Below are positions 27,126 through 36,376 of a stretch of 57,654 nucleotides of DNA, piece by piece. Origin of the DNA: an uncultured Candidatus Saccharibacteria bacterium (GTDB lineage Bacteria; Patescibacteriota; Minisyncoccia; Phycocordibacterales; CAIZLB01); the NCBI GenBank assembly GCA_964368945.1, contig CAYJDM010000007.1, positions 1,365-59,018 of the forward strand, in the 5' to 3' direction. Within the stretch, counting starts at the first letter, position 1, and every line of letters starts with the position of its first letter. The translations under genes were made by a program, and so were the position numbers. Under the pieces are notes generated by a model. The model ran no database searches. It was not told the origin of the DNA and saw nothing but the letters and a program-made list of their open reading frames with translations.

Positions 27126-29141
27126 ATGGCCTCACAAGAAGAAATAAAAGAAGTGCGACTGGCAAAGCTCCAAAAGCTCGAATCTCTGGGCATAGAAGCC
27201 TATCCGATTTCCGTTCGCAAGGATTATGATTTCGTTGATTTGCGACAGAAATTCGATGAGCTTGAGCCTGCCGCCAAAGAGATTGCGGTTACCGGCCGAA
27301 TCATGTCATTGCGAGGGCAGGGCGGCTTGATCTTCTGCGACCTTTTCGATGGTACTGGCATGTTCCAGGCAATCATCAAGAAGGATGAGCCTTTGGTCTA
27401 TATTCAGAGCGCTCAGGATGGAGAAAAAGTTACGGGTCTCGATGAGACTATAGCGCATCCCAATGTGGCCGATGCTTTCGATCTATTCCAGGAAACTGCC
27501 GATATCGGAGATTTCTTGGAGGTTCGAGGCATGCTTATGAGGACAAAAAGAGGCGAGATGAGCATTTCGGCTTCTGCTTGGCGCATCATTACGAAGTCCA
27601 TGCGAGCCCTTCCGGAAAAATGGGCCGGCTTGCAGGATGTGGAAGAACGATATCGACGCCGATATCTCGATGTCCTTACGAATGAGGAGGTTCGAAACTC
27701 TTTTATCCTGCGAACAAAGACAGTCTCATTGATCCGCCGATTTTTCGATGATCATGGATATTTGGAGGTGGAATTGCCGATCTTGCAGGCCCTGGCCGGC
27801 GGAGCGACAGCTGCCGTATTCAAGACGCATCACAATGCGCTCGATCTTGATTTCAATCTTACGATCGCGCAGGAATTGTTTTTGAAAAAACTAGTTGTCG
27901 GCGGATTCAACAAGGTCTATGAAATGGGCCGACGCTTCCGAAATGAGGGAATCGATGTGACGCATAACCCTGAATTCACCATGCTTGAATCTCAGGAGGT
28001 ATATGCCGATGCGAAATCTCAGCGGCAATTCATTCAGGAACTCGTTCAGTTTTTAGTAAAAGAAATCTTCGGCAAGGATTCATTCGAATATAATGGCAAT
28101 ACTATCGACGTCTCGAAGCCATTCGAGGTAAAGCCTTTCCTCGAGCTCATCTCTGAGACGATCGGCGTGCAGAATCTGCGCGAATATTCACGAGAGGATC
28201 TCGTCGCTTTGGCTGAAAAGCATGGCGCTGATATCGAGGCTGCAGACGAATTCGAAAAGATCGTCGACAAGATTTATAAGAAAGCCATCCGACCGAATCT
28301 CATCCAGCCGGTTTTCCTCATCAATTATCCTGTAGAATTCAATCCTTTTGCCAAGCGTCGAGAGGATGACAAGATGCTCATTGACCGATTCCAGCTCGTC
28401 ATGGGCGGTCTCGAAGTGACGAATTGCTTTTCTGAGCTCAATAATCCCGTAGATCAGAAGCTTCGATATGAGGAGCAGGATCGCAAGAAGCGAAAGGGCG
28501 ATGGCGAAATCTCTCCAAGCGACCTCGACTATCTCGAAGCGATGGAATATGGCATGCCGCCTAATGGGGGAATCGGCATCGGCATCGACCGAATCATCAT
28601 GCTTTTCATGAATACAAAGAATATCAAGGATGCCATTCTTTTCCCTACGATGCGACCGGAGGACGGTTCTGCCGCGAATGCTGCTGGCAATTCGTCAGCG
28701 GGTGCTGCGAAATTGGCGAAAGAAAATCGCTATGCAGCAGTCATTCTCAATGGAGGTGCTGACATGCAGCAATGGCAAAAGCTCAATACGGTAGGGCACT
28801 TAACTGCCGCTTTCGGACATCGAACTGATCAGAAATTGTTTTATCAGGACAAAATCCATACTGCTGATGAGCAGGAAATCTTCCTCAATATCAAGCATGC
28901 CATCATGATAAAGGAAGCGAAAAGCAATGCGGAAATGAAGAAAATCATACATGCCGCATTGCTCGCCGGTCTCGAAGTCGCAGAATTCACTCGAGAAATG
29001 ATCGAGACGACGAATGATAAGAAAGTCATTGAGGCAACAAAGCAGAAGGGCTTTGCTGAGGTGGAGCATCTCGGCGTGCTTGTCTTCGGTCCAAAGAGCA
29101 AGGTTGATGAGGTTACGGAGGGAACGGAGCTGGCTGGTTGA
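27126..29141 (+). CDS. lysS: Lysine--tRNA ligase (class II) fused to a C-terminal DUF2000-like domain
   Basis: OB anticodon-binding N-domain, class II motifs (FRNEGID, GGIGIGIDRIIM) and the normal LysRS end ...LFPTMRPE, followed by a linker and about 140 extra residues. Confidence 0.9.
   Translation: MASQEEIKEVRLAKLQKLESLGIEAYPISVRKDYDFVDLRQKFDELEPAAKEIAVTGRIMSLRGQGGLIFCDLFDGTGMFQAIIKKDEPLVYIQSAQDGEKVTGLDETIAHPNVADAFDLFQETADIGDFLEVRGMLMRTKRGEMSISASAWRIITKSMRALPEKWAGLQDVEERYRRRYLDVLTNEEVRNSFILRTKTVSLIRRFFDDHGYLEVELPILQALAGGATAAVFKTHHNALDLDFNLTIAQELFLKKLVVGGFNKVYEMGRRFRNEGIDVTHNPEFTMLESQEVYADAKSQRQFIQELVQFLVKEIFGKDSFEYNGNTIDVSKPFEVKPFLELISETIGVQNLREYSREDLVALAEKHGADIEAADEFEKIVDKIYKKAIRPNLIQPVFLINYPVEFNPFAKRREDDKMLIDRFQLVMGGLEVTNCFSELNNPVDQKLRYEEQDRKKRKGDGEISPSDLDYLEAMEYGMPPNGGIGIGIDRIIMLFMNTKNIKDAILFPTMRPEDGSAANAAGNSSAGAAKLAKENRYAAVILNGGADMQQWQKLNTVGHLTAAFGHRTDQKLFYQDKIHTADEQEIFLNIKHAIMIKEAKSNAEMKKIIHAALLAGLEVAEFTREMIETTNDKKVIEATKQKGFAEVEHLGVLVFGPKSKVDEVTEGTELAG
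28728..29138 (+). other. DUF2000-like (PTH2-fold-like) C-terminal module of LysRS
   Basis: AAVILNGGADMQQWQKLNTVGHLTAAFG ... HLGVLVFGPKSKVDEVTEGTEL matches my memory of DUF2000 proteins (..AVWQKLNVTAFL.. / ..VGIAL.G..K.VDK.TKG..L). Confidence 0.55.
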
Positions 29142-29888
29142 TCATAGTCCCACTGTAGACCTTGATTCTTTTATCTTTGGAGGTAATATTTCGAATATCA
29201 GCTCGCCGATCATCGTATAAACAGTTTTGTCAAAGAATTTCTCAAGAATTTCTGTGCTGGTTGAAATTTCGAGTTTGATCTTTTTCCTGAGAGACCTTAA
29301 CTCATTCTCCTTCAATCGCGCCATCAGTTCAAATTCATCTGCGATAGAGCTTAGGGCGTGTATTTGATCCATTTTTGAGCTACTGAAACGCCGGTCATGA
29401 ACATGCGCTCCTCTGATTTTTACCATTGACTCGAGGGACTCATTTATGGCTTTTTTGGTGATAGCAACTATTTTTTCTTGTTCGTGAAGACTTTTTTTCC
29501 GACATTTACTCACGACAAAATCAAATAGCCGGTTTGTCCTGAGTTTAAAAATATAGAGTTCATTAAGATAATACTCATAGTGATATTTAATATAATCAAG
29601 CTCAGATATCTTCTTGGGTCCGTTCTTGTTTGAAATGAATTCGATGCAGAGCTTGAGCCTTGATAGGGACTCGTGTATTTCAACATATCGGTTGAATATG
29701 CAAAAAATATAATCTCTTCGTTGAGAGGGTCGATAGAGTGACCCTTCTTTGTCTGGCTTAGATTCTCCCATTAGTCCCGCAAATACTCTCTCTTGCAGTA
29801 ACTTGCGCTTCTTGGCATCTTTTGGGATTTTCATATAAGGTACGATCTCCTTATTCATTCTTTTTGAAAATGTATCAATTTTTTTCAT
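29142..29888 (-). CDS. AT-rich orphan, all-alpha protein with an HEPN-like Rx4H motif
   Basis: 248-aa ORF, markedly AT-rich by eye. KIRGAHVHDRRF is encoded at 29387-29420. TGA stop directly abuts the lysS TGA stop. Confidence 0.45.
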   Translation of the reverse strand: MKKIDTFSKRMNKEIVPYMKIPKDAKKRKLLQERVFAGLMGESKPDKEGSLYRPSQRRDYIFCIFNRYVEIHESLSRLKLCIEFISNKNGPKKISELDYIKYHYEYYLNELYIFKLRTNRLFDFVVSKCRKKSLHEQEKIVAITKKAINESLESMVKIRGAHVHDRRFSSSKMDQIHALSSIADEFELMARLKENELRSLRKKIKLEISTSTEILEKFFDKTVYTMIGELIFEILPPKIKESRSTVGL

Positions 29889-29930
29889 ATTAATTTTAAA
29901 CCCTTCTTTTTAAGAAGGGTTTAAAGCTTA

Positions 29931-30500
29931 TTAAGAAACTCGCTCTACGTATTCGCCAGTCTCAGTATTGATTCTAACGATATCGTCTGGGTTGATGAAC
30001 ATCGGAGCATTGATGGTCGCGCCAGTCTCGAGGGTGATGACCTTGTTGCCGCCCTTGGCTGTATCGCCGCGGACTGCGGGAGGGGCATCCGTCACCTTGA
30101 GCTCAACCTTGATAGGGATCTTGATTCCGATGATTTTCTCATCATAGATCATTGTCTCTACGAGGCTATTTGGCTTGATGAACTTGCGTCCATCGCCAAG
30201 AAGGTCTTCTGTGAGCTTGAATCGCTTGCTTGGGTCCTTTTCCTCGCAAAACCACCATTCGCTCTTGTTTGCGTACAAGAACTTCACCTTGCTCGACTGG
30301 AGGTCTGCCTCGTCGACTCGGTCTGTAGCATGGAAAGAATGCTCTACAATTCGGCCCGAAATCATATTTCGGAGCTTCGTCGCATTAACGGGCTTTCTCA
30401 TCTGCTTTCGGAAAACGTGTGATGCTAATACTTCGTACGGCTCGCCCTCAAAGACGATATACTTGCGTACTGTTACTTCGTTATAATCTAACATTGACAT
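29931..30500 (-). CDS. efp: Elongation factor P
   Basis: 189 aa with the three-domain EF-P pattern (...RKYIVFEGEPYEVL..HV..(K/R)). Confidence 0.9.
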   Translation of the reverse strand: MSMLDYNEVTVRKYIVFEGEPYEVLASHVFRKQMRKPVNATKLRNMISGRIVEHSFHATDRVDEADLQSSKVKFLYANKSEWWFCEEKDPSKRFKLTEDLLGDGRKFIKPNSLVETMIYDEKIIGIKIPIKVELKVTDAPPAVRGDTAKGGNKVITLETGATINAPMFINPDDIVRINTETGEYVERVS

Positions 30501-30623
30501 AGTGGGGCTATTCTAAGCCATTAGGAGGCAAATGTCTACATTGCATCCCTTGCTCGATTAAAGTAAAAACCGCCTATAGGGCGGTTTTTACCGGTCGAAA
30601 TAAGGCTGTGATAAGCCTCGTTC

Positions 30624-31742
30624 CTACATTTCCTTCAGCTTTGCCCTGATGAGCTTGAGTATTTCAGCTGATACCTTGCTGTTCTCTCGTAGGAACTGTC
30701 GAGTGGCATCGTAGCCACGCCCAAGCTTGATATCGCCATACGCATAGCTGGTGCCGGATTTCTGAATGATGCCCATCTTTTCTCCCAGAGCGATGATTTC
30801 GCCCTCCTTTGAGATTCCTTCGTTATACATGAGATCGAATTCGGTCTGCTTGAATGGGGCAGCGACCTTGTTCTTTACGACCTTTACTCTCGTTCGTCCT
30901 CCCATGATTTCTTCGCCCTTCTTGATCTGAGCGATTCTTCGGATATCGAGCCGGACCGATGTATAGAATTTGAGAGCCTTTCCTCCCGGAGTAGTCTCTG
31001 GATTTCCGAACATGACTCCGATCTGCATTCGAATCTGGTTGATGAAGATAACGATGGTCTTGGACTTCGCTACGATAGCCGTAAGCTTTCGCAATGCCTG
31101 CGACATCAATCGTGCCTGCTTTCCCATATGGCTTTGCCCCATATCTCCTTCGATTTCATCTCGAGGCGTGAGGGCTGCAACTGAGTCGATGACGATTACG
31201 TCCATCTTGCCTGATCGGACGAGGCTCTCTACGATTTCAAGGGCCTGTTCTCCCGTATCTGGCTGAGAGATGAGCAATTCGTCGATCTTTACGCCGAGTC
31301 GCTTTGCATATTCCGGATCCATCGCATGCTCTGCATCGATAAATGCGCAAATTCCTCCCATTTTCTGGGCTTCCGCGATTACATGGAGGGTAAGCGTCGT
31401 CTTTCCTGAAGATTCAGGTCCGAATACTTCGACGATTCTTCCTCGAGGAAGTCCTCCTACGCCAAGCGCCGCATCGAGTCCGATCGATCCGGTAGGGATG
31501 GCATCGACGCCTACTTTCGGCCGCTCGCCGAGCTTCATGATCGCATCATCGCCGAATTTCGTCTTGATCTGAGCGATCGTATCGGAAATAGAGGCATCGT
31601 TATTGTTTTTCTTGCCCTTCTTGTCAGTCTGCTCATCGTCCATGCCGATTATTTCATCAGCGACTTCCCCCTTGTCGTCAGCCGATAGGGCGGAAGAGTT
31701 CGGAGAAGGCTTTGTGCTTTTTATTGGTTTTTTGGGTGCCAT
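30624..31742 (-). CDS. recA: Recombinase RecA with a K/D-rich N-terminal extension
   Basis: Walker [28 protein letters not shown], and L1/L2 loops. Confidence 0.95.
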   Translation of the reverse strand: MAPKKPIKSTKPSPNSSALSADDKGEVADEIIGMDDEQTDKKGKKNNNDASISDTIAQIKTKFGDDAIMKLGERPKVGVDAIPTGSIGLDAALGVGGLPRGRIVEVFGPESSGKTTLTLHVIAEAQKMGGICAFIDAEHAMDPEYAKRLGVKIDELLISQPDTGEQALEIVESLVRSGKMDVIVIDSVAALTPRDEIEGDMGQSHMGKQARLMSQALRKLTAIVAKSKTIVIFINQIRMQIGVMFGNPETTPGGKALKFYTSVRLDIRRIAQIKKGEEIMGGRTRVKVVKNKVAAPFKQTEFDLMYNEGISKEGEIIALGEKMGIIQKSGTSYAYGDIKLGRGYDATRQFLRENSKVSAEILKLIRAKLKEM

Positions 31743-31923
31743 ATTTGTTTTTTACATTAGTGAAATCATTAATGCATAGAGCCATAGACTGATTTCTGCC
31801 AACGAGATTAATTTTTAAACGGCTGACAAGCAGACGAATGTCGCTTGTACTAATCTATTGTAAGGCCATCGTCGAATAGCTCCTAGCGATTACTGGCCAG
31901 GGGCTAGCAATCCATCAGAGGCA

Positions 31924-32283
31924 TTATGGCTGGTATGTAACTTCTACGAGTCGGGTCAGGGTCTTGCCGAATTTATCCTTGCCGAAAAGCTTTACGATAT
32001 TGTATCCAGGGTAGAGAAGCAGGTTTTCGCTAAAAGCGCCCTTTTCATCAATATATATAGGATTATCATTGAGCGATATAAAAGCTATATTTGAAGCCAC
32101 GCCTTGCAATTTGAGCATGCCGGCGCCCGTGATTACCGCCTGTTCAGGCAGATCTACTGCAATAGTCGGTCCAGTAACGATCTTGTGGACTTGGAATATC
32201 GAATAGCCTACAAGGACGCATACAAAGAGGGCGGTGATCAGGAACTTTAGCGCCGTCTTGCCATCTTGGTATCCTTTAATCAT
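31924..32283 (-). CDS. Hypothetical membrane-anchored protein
   Basis: One N-terminal TM helix followed by a beta-rich domain. No family recognised. Confidence 0.45.
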   Translation of the reverse strand: MIKGYQDGKTALKFLITALFVCVLVGYSIFQVHKIVTGPTIAVDLPEQAVITGAGMLKLQGVASNIAFISLNDNPIYIDEKGAFSENLLLYPGYNIVKLFGKDKFGKTLTRLVEVTYQP

Positions 32284-32346
32284 ATAGACGCGATATTAAG
32301 TTTTGATAAAGAAGGGATCAAAATCATGAAATTTTCGCGGATAGAT

Positions 32347-34797
32347 TTAAGCATTGTTATTCGATTCATCGCTTTCTGTCTCGTCTGCGCTCGCATCATC
32401 GTTTCCTCCAGAATATCCGAGGATTTCTCGAGGCTTCGATCCGTCCGCTGGCCCTATTACACCCTTGTCTTCGAGGATATCCATCAATCGAGCGGCTCGA
32501 GCATAGCCAACGCGAAGCTTTCTCTGTATATATGATGTGGATGCCTTGCCGGCCTTTGTCACGATGTCTTTTGCTTCCTCATACAGATCATCGTCCGCAT
32601 CATCGTCATTGCCGCCGCCGAAACCTCCGCTCATTCCGCCACCGCTTAGTCCGCTGCCAAGCCCATTGGCTCCTGATGCATTGAAGATAGGGTCGTTTAC
32701 CGCAGAATCTCCAGCCATCGCTCCGCCGCCGCTGAGCGCTATCTGATCCGTCGAGAGGCTGTCGGCATTATCCTTGAGGTGCTTAACGATTCTCTTGATT
32801 TCCGTTTCTGTAAGGAAGGCGGACTGCAGTCGCATAGGGCTGGACATATCGCTTCCAAGCCAGAGCATATCTCCGGCACCGAGCAATTCTTCCGCTCCTC
32901 TCATATCGAGAATGGTTCGGGAATCGATCTGCGAAGCCACCTGGAGAGCGATTCGAGAAGGAACGTTTGCCTTGATGAGGCCGGTGATTACATTCACTGA
33001 AGGTCGCTGAGTAGAAAGTATCAAGTGGATACCAACGGCTCGGCTCATCTGTGCGAGCCGAACGATGCCGGCCTCGAGCTCTCGAGGATATGCCTGCATG
33101 ATATCTGCCAATTCATCGATCATGATTACGATATATGGCATCGCATCGACGATATCGCTTTTCGCAGATGCTGCGCCAGCATCCTTTCCATCGATATTCG
33201 CAGAATCGTCTCCTTCGTTTACCTTGATCTCGCTCTTGCTCTTTTCGAGGGCTGGGACGAGGATGTTCTTGTGATATGAATCGATATCTCGAACGGAGTT
33301 CTTTTCCAAAACATCATATCGTCTATCCATTTCCTTTGCCGCCCATCTAAGAGACATGATGGCCTTCTTTGCATCGGTAATGACCGGAGTCAGAAGGTGG
33401 GGGATACCATTATATAGTGTGAGTTCCACACGCTTCGGATCGATCATGATGAATCGCAAATTTTCTGGCGAGTTTCGATAGAGCAGTGATGTGATCAATG
33501 CATGTGCAGTAACTGACTTTCCTGATCCGGTGGCACCGGCCAAAAGCAAGTGAGGCATCTTTGCCAAATTGCTGAAGTATGACTTTCCAGAGATTCCTTT
33601 TCCGAGCGCGACCATGAGAGGCTTGTCCGATTTCTGGAAATCTTCTTGCGCGAGCATGGTTCCGAGTCCGACGGTCGTCTTGACGCTATTCGGCATTTCA
33701 ATGCCTACCAAAGACTTGCCAGGGATGGGTGCTTCGATTCGAAGAGGGTGGGCGGCGAGTGCCAGCGAGAGGTTGTTCTGGAGTCCGAGAATCTTCGAAA
33801 GCTTCACGCCTTCAGCCGGCTTGAGGGCATATCGAGTAACTGAAGGACCGATCGAAACTTCGTCCATCTCCACATCGATTCCGAAATTCTGCAGAGTGCG
33901 CTTAATGATATTCGCATTCGCCTTGATGTCTCCGACGCCGGGCTTTCCTCTATCATTCTCCAATATAGATAGTGGCGGCGGAATGTATTTCTTGCCAAGG
34001 AGTGCTGTCTTTTTGGCAAAGAGGGGAATAAAGTTAGGATCGCTCTCTGGATTCTGAGCCTTATTCTGAGCCGTACCAGAAGACTTGTCCTTTAGAGTAT
34101 TAAGGACAGATCCTTTCTTCGCATCAGTGTCCTTTTCATCCTCGTCTGGCGTTTCTGCATCATCAGCATCGTCGCCGACCTGATTCTTGATATCTTTGCC
34201 CAGCTTCTTTTTCTCAGAATCGCTGAGTCCCATCGCTGTTTTCGTGGGGTTATCCACAGCCTCATTTTCTTCGCCCGCATTCTTCTTTCGTCTCCAGAAT
34301 AGAAGGTGCTCTCGCTTGAGGGTCGTATCCAAAATGATGAGCAGCGAGATGAGTACCCCTGCTATAAGGAAGATAAAGCTGATGGTGACATCGAACATAT
34401 TGATAAGAGGAAGCGTTACGATATAGCCCACGCTGCCTCCGCTATCCTTGCTGATGAGGTCAAAGATCCCCAGTCCAGACAGTATGAAGACGAGCGAGCC
34501 GATGCTTTTGGCTAGCGAGAACGTCCTGTCTCTGTCTCCGAAAAACGATGCCGATAGGATGAGCAGAAGGGTAGGGATGAGGTAATAGCCAATGCCAAGC
34601 AGATAGCCGAATTGCGTATATATGAAGTATCCGGTGCTGCCTCCCTTGCCGAAGGCTGCCAGTATGAAGAATAGGGAAAGGACAAAGAGGACGATTCCCC
34701 ATACGCTTTCTTTGGTGGAGTCTTTGAGATTTGATAGGGGGTTGAGGTTGAGCTTGGATTGTTCGTCCCGAGCTTTTTTACGTTCTTTCTTGGCCAT
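32347..34797 (-). CDS. ftsK: DNA translocase FtsK/SpoIIIE
   Basis: N-terminal multi-TM region, acidic linker, motor domain with AGATGSGKSV and the MIDELAD Walker B, and a C-terminal gamma wHTH domain. Confidence 0.9.
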   Translation of the reverse strand: MAKKERKKARDEQSKLNLNPLSNLKDSTKESVWGIVLFVLSLFFILAAFGKGGSTGYFIYTQFGYLLGIGYYLIPTLLLILSASFFGDRDRTFSLAKSIGSLVFILSGLGIFDLISKDSGGSVGYIVTLPLINMFDVTISFIFLIAGVLISLLIILDTTLKREHLLFWRRKKNAGEENEAVDNPTKTAMGLSDSEKKKLGKDIKNQVGDDADDAETPDEDEKDTDAKKGSVLNTLKDKSSGTAQNKAQNPESDPNFIPLFAKKTALLGKKYIPPPLSILENDRGKPGVGDIKANANIIKRTLQNFGIDVEMDEVSIGPSVTRYALKPAEGVKLSKILGLQNNLSLALAAHPLRIEAPIPGKSLVGIEMPNSVKTTVGLGTMLAQEDFQKSDKPLMVALGKGISGKSYFSNLAKMPHLLLAGATGSGKSVTAHALITSLLYRNSPENLRFIMIDPKRVELTLYNGIPHLLTPVITDAKKAIMSLRWAAKEMDRRYDVLEKNSVRDIDSYHKNILVPALEKSKSEIKVNEGDDSANIDGKDAGAASAKSDIVDAMPYIVIMIDELADIMQAYPRELEAGIVRLAQMSRAVGIHLILSTQRPSVNVITGLIKANVPSRIALQVASQIDSRTILDMRGAEELLGAGDMLWLGSDMSSPMRLQSAFLTETEIKRIVKHLKDNADSLSTDQIALSGGGAMAGDSAVNDPIFNASGANGLGSGLSGGGMSGGFGGGNDDDADDDLYEEAKDIVTKAGKASTSYIQRKLRVGYARAARLMDILEDKGVIGPADGSKPREILGYSGGNDDASADETESDESNNNA

Positions 34798-35054
34798 GGA
34801 ATTAGTTTAACACGCTGTCCTAATGGAAAAAAATAAGAAAAAATTTGCCATTTGGATTGTCTTATATATAATGCGACTTGAGAGACATTGTCCGTAATTT
34901 TTAGCATAAAAAAGTGAAGGACAAATGTCGGATCTTGGAATCAGATAAAGGACTGAATCGAGGCTGGAAAGATTGAATTCTTGTCCTATACAAGAATTCA
35001 AAAAACCGACAGGTTTATAAAGGTCAGACAATTACTAAATTACCAAAAGGACAA

Positions 35055-35906
35055 ATGACGCCAAAGAATGACACTTCGCTAAAGCAGATAAAGGGCCAAT
35101 ACGAGAATGTGGCTACGGCTCTATATTTGGTGACCAATCATCTAAAGGACACAGAGCCTCTCAAAAACAGGGTCCGAGAAATATGCCATGACATTCTGGA
35201 ACAGATGATTCACTTGTCCGATATATCATATGTGCATGTCGAGAATCATACGTCTCATCTGCAGTCGCTTTTGAAGATCGCTTCATCGGCCGGCTTGATC
35301 GCAGAACAGAATGCTGCCATCTTGAACTCGGCGCTGCAGAAGACTCTTAAAGACATGCAGCTATATATGAAATCGCTTACCAATATGTCGATCAGCCTCA
35401 GCGATCTCTTATATATAGAGCCTGCAGCCGAAGTCATCGAAGAGGTGCTTCGTCCTCATGATGATCAGCCTCATAGAGAAGCTCCGGCGAAGCATATTCA
35501 AGCTCCCTCTGTCGCTCACGATCGTCGAGACAATGATCAGCCTAGGCATCAGAATCCGCGGCAGCCTCAGCGGCCTGCGCCGCTGCATGTGGCCCCTGCC
35601 GGCAGCGCTCAGAAGATGTCTTTTAGCAATGTGGCATCGATGCACCAGGCATTCAATGCGATCAATAAGGATGCGCCAGGTCAGTCTGTCCCACAAGGGC
35701 GACAGGATGGCCAGCTCAGCGATCGTCAGCAGATCATCATAAAGGAGCTTCGAAATAAAGGACAGCTTACGGTTAAAGATCTCGCCGACAAGATAAAAGG
35801 GTGCAGCGAGAAGACGATTCAGCGAGAGCTGCTATCTCTGGTAGGGTCAGGTGTCCTGAAAAAGGAGGGGGAGAGACGCTGGAGCCGGTATTCGCTTCAG
35901 GACTAG
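35055..35906 (+). CDS. Hypothetical protein with a C-terminal winged-helix (DeoR-N-like) DNA-binding domain
   Basis: C-terminus QQIIIKELRNKGQLTVKDLADKIKGCSEKTIQRELLSLVGSGVLKKEG. Helical N-domain and a P/Q/R-rich linker. Confidence 0.5.
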   Translation: MTPKNDTSLKQIKGQYENVATALYLVTNHLKDTEPLKNRVREICHDILEQMIHLSDISYVHVENHTSHLQSLLKIASSAGLIAEQNAAILNSALQKTLKDMQLYMKSLTNMSISLSDLLYIEPAAEVIEEVLRPHDDQPHREAPAKHIQAPSVAHDRRDNDQPRHQNPRQPQRPAPLHVAPAGSAQKMSFSNVASMHQAFNAINKDAPGQSVPQGRQDGQLSDRQQIIIKELRNKGQLTVKDLADKIKGCSEKTIQRELLSLVGSGVLKKEGERRWSRYSLQD

Positions 35907-35943
35907 CTGGGTATTGTGACATTATTGCAATTAAGCCCTCAGA

Positions 35944-35972
35944 TTGACCTTCCGGGTCATTTTCTGTAATAT
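35944..35972 (+). promoter_or_regulatory. Candidate promoter (TTGACC-17 nt-TAATAT) giving a roughly 400-nt 5' UTR
   Basis: This is the only good sigma70-like match I see in the 470-nt ORF-free region upstream of the 627-aa surface protein gene. Confidence 0.4.
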
Positions 35973-36376
35973 ATATAGCCGTACATCGTCATAGATGGTA
36001 CACGGATTCCCAGACTGTTTTTCTGTCCCCTGATGAACGTTGAAAACTTAATAGCATCAACATTCGTTAATTAGTCAGTTTTCTGCCTATGCCGACAATT
36101 CAGTCTCGCGGATCTGTCTCCTTGTTTCCATTATGAACCCTACTGATCTCTTGTAGGCCCACATTAGTTGCCCGTCTCATCGAAATGCCGGTCTGAACTT
36201 TTTTATCTAATACATATATATAGATAATAAAAAACAGACCCGGCTCGAGAAGGGGTCCTGATGCGGGTCTGCAATAGTCAGTACATTAAAAACCCGAAGA
36301 TGGCTAATGCCTCACATTATTCGACTTTACAAATAATGAGGACTAACCCATCTTTAAACAAAAATATTAATATATT

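Noticed and set aside
29139-29141. Possibility of an alternative genetic code (UGA sense, codes 4/25) because TGA stops are so rare.
   Set aside because: All conserved genes are full length under the standard code with no internal TGA needed. The three TGA stops sit at sensible protein ends. Read-through at 42708 would run into the rplL terminator and the rplL gene.
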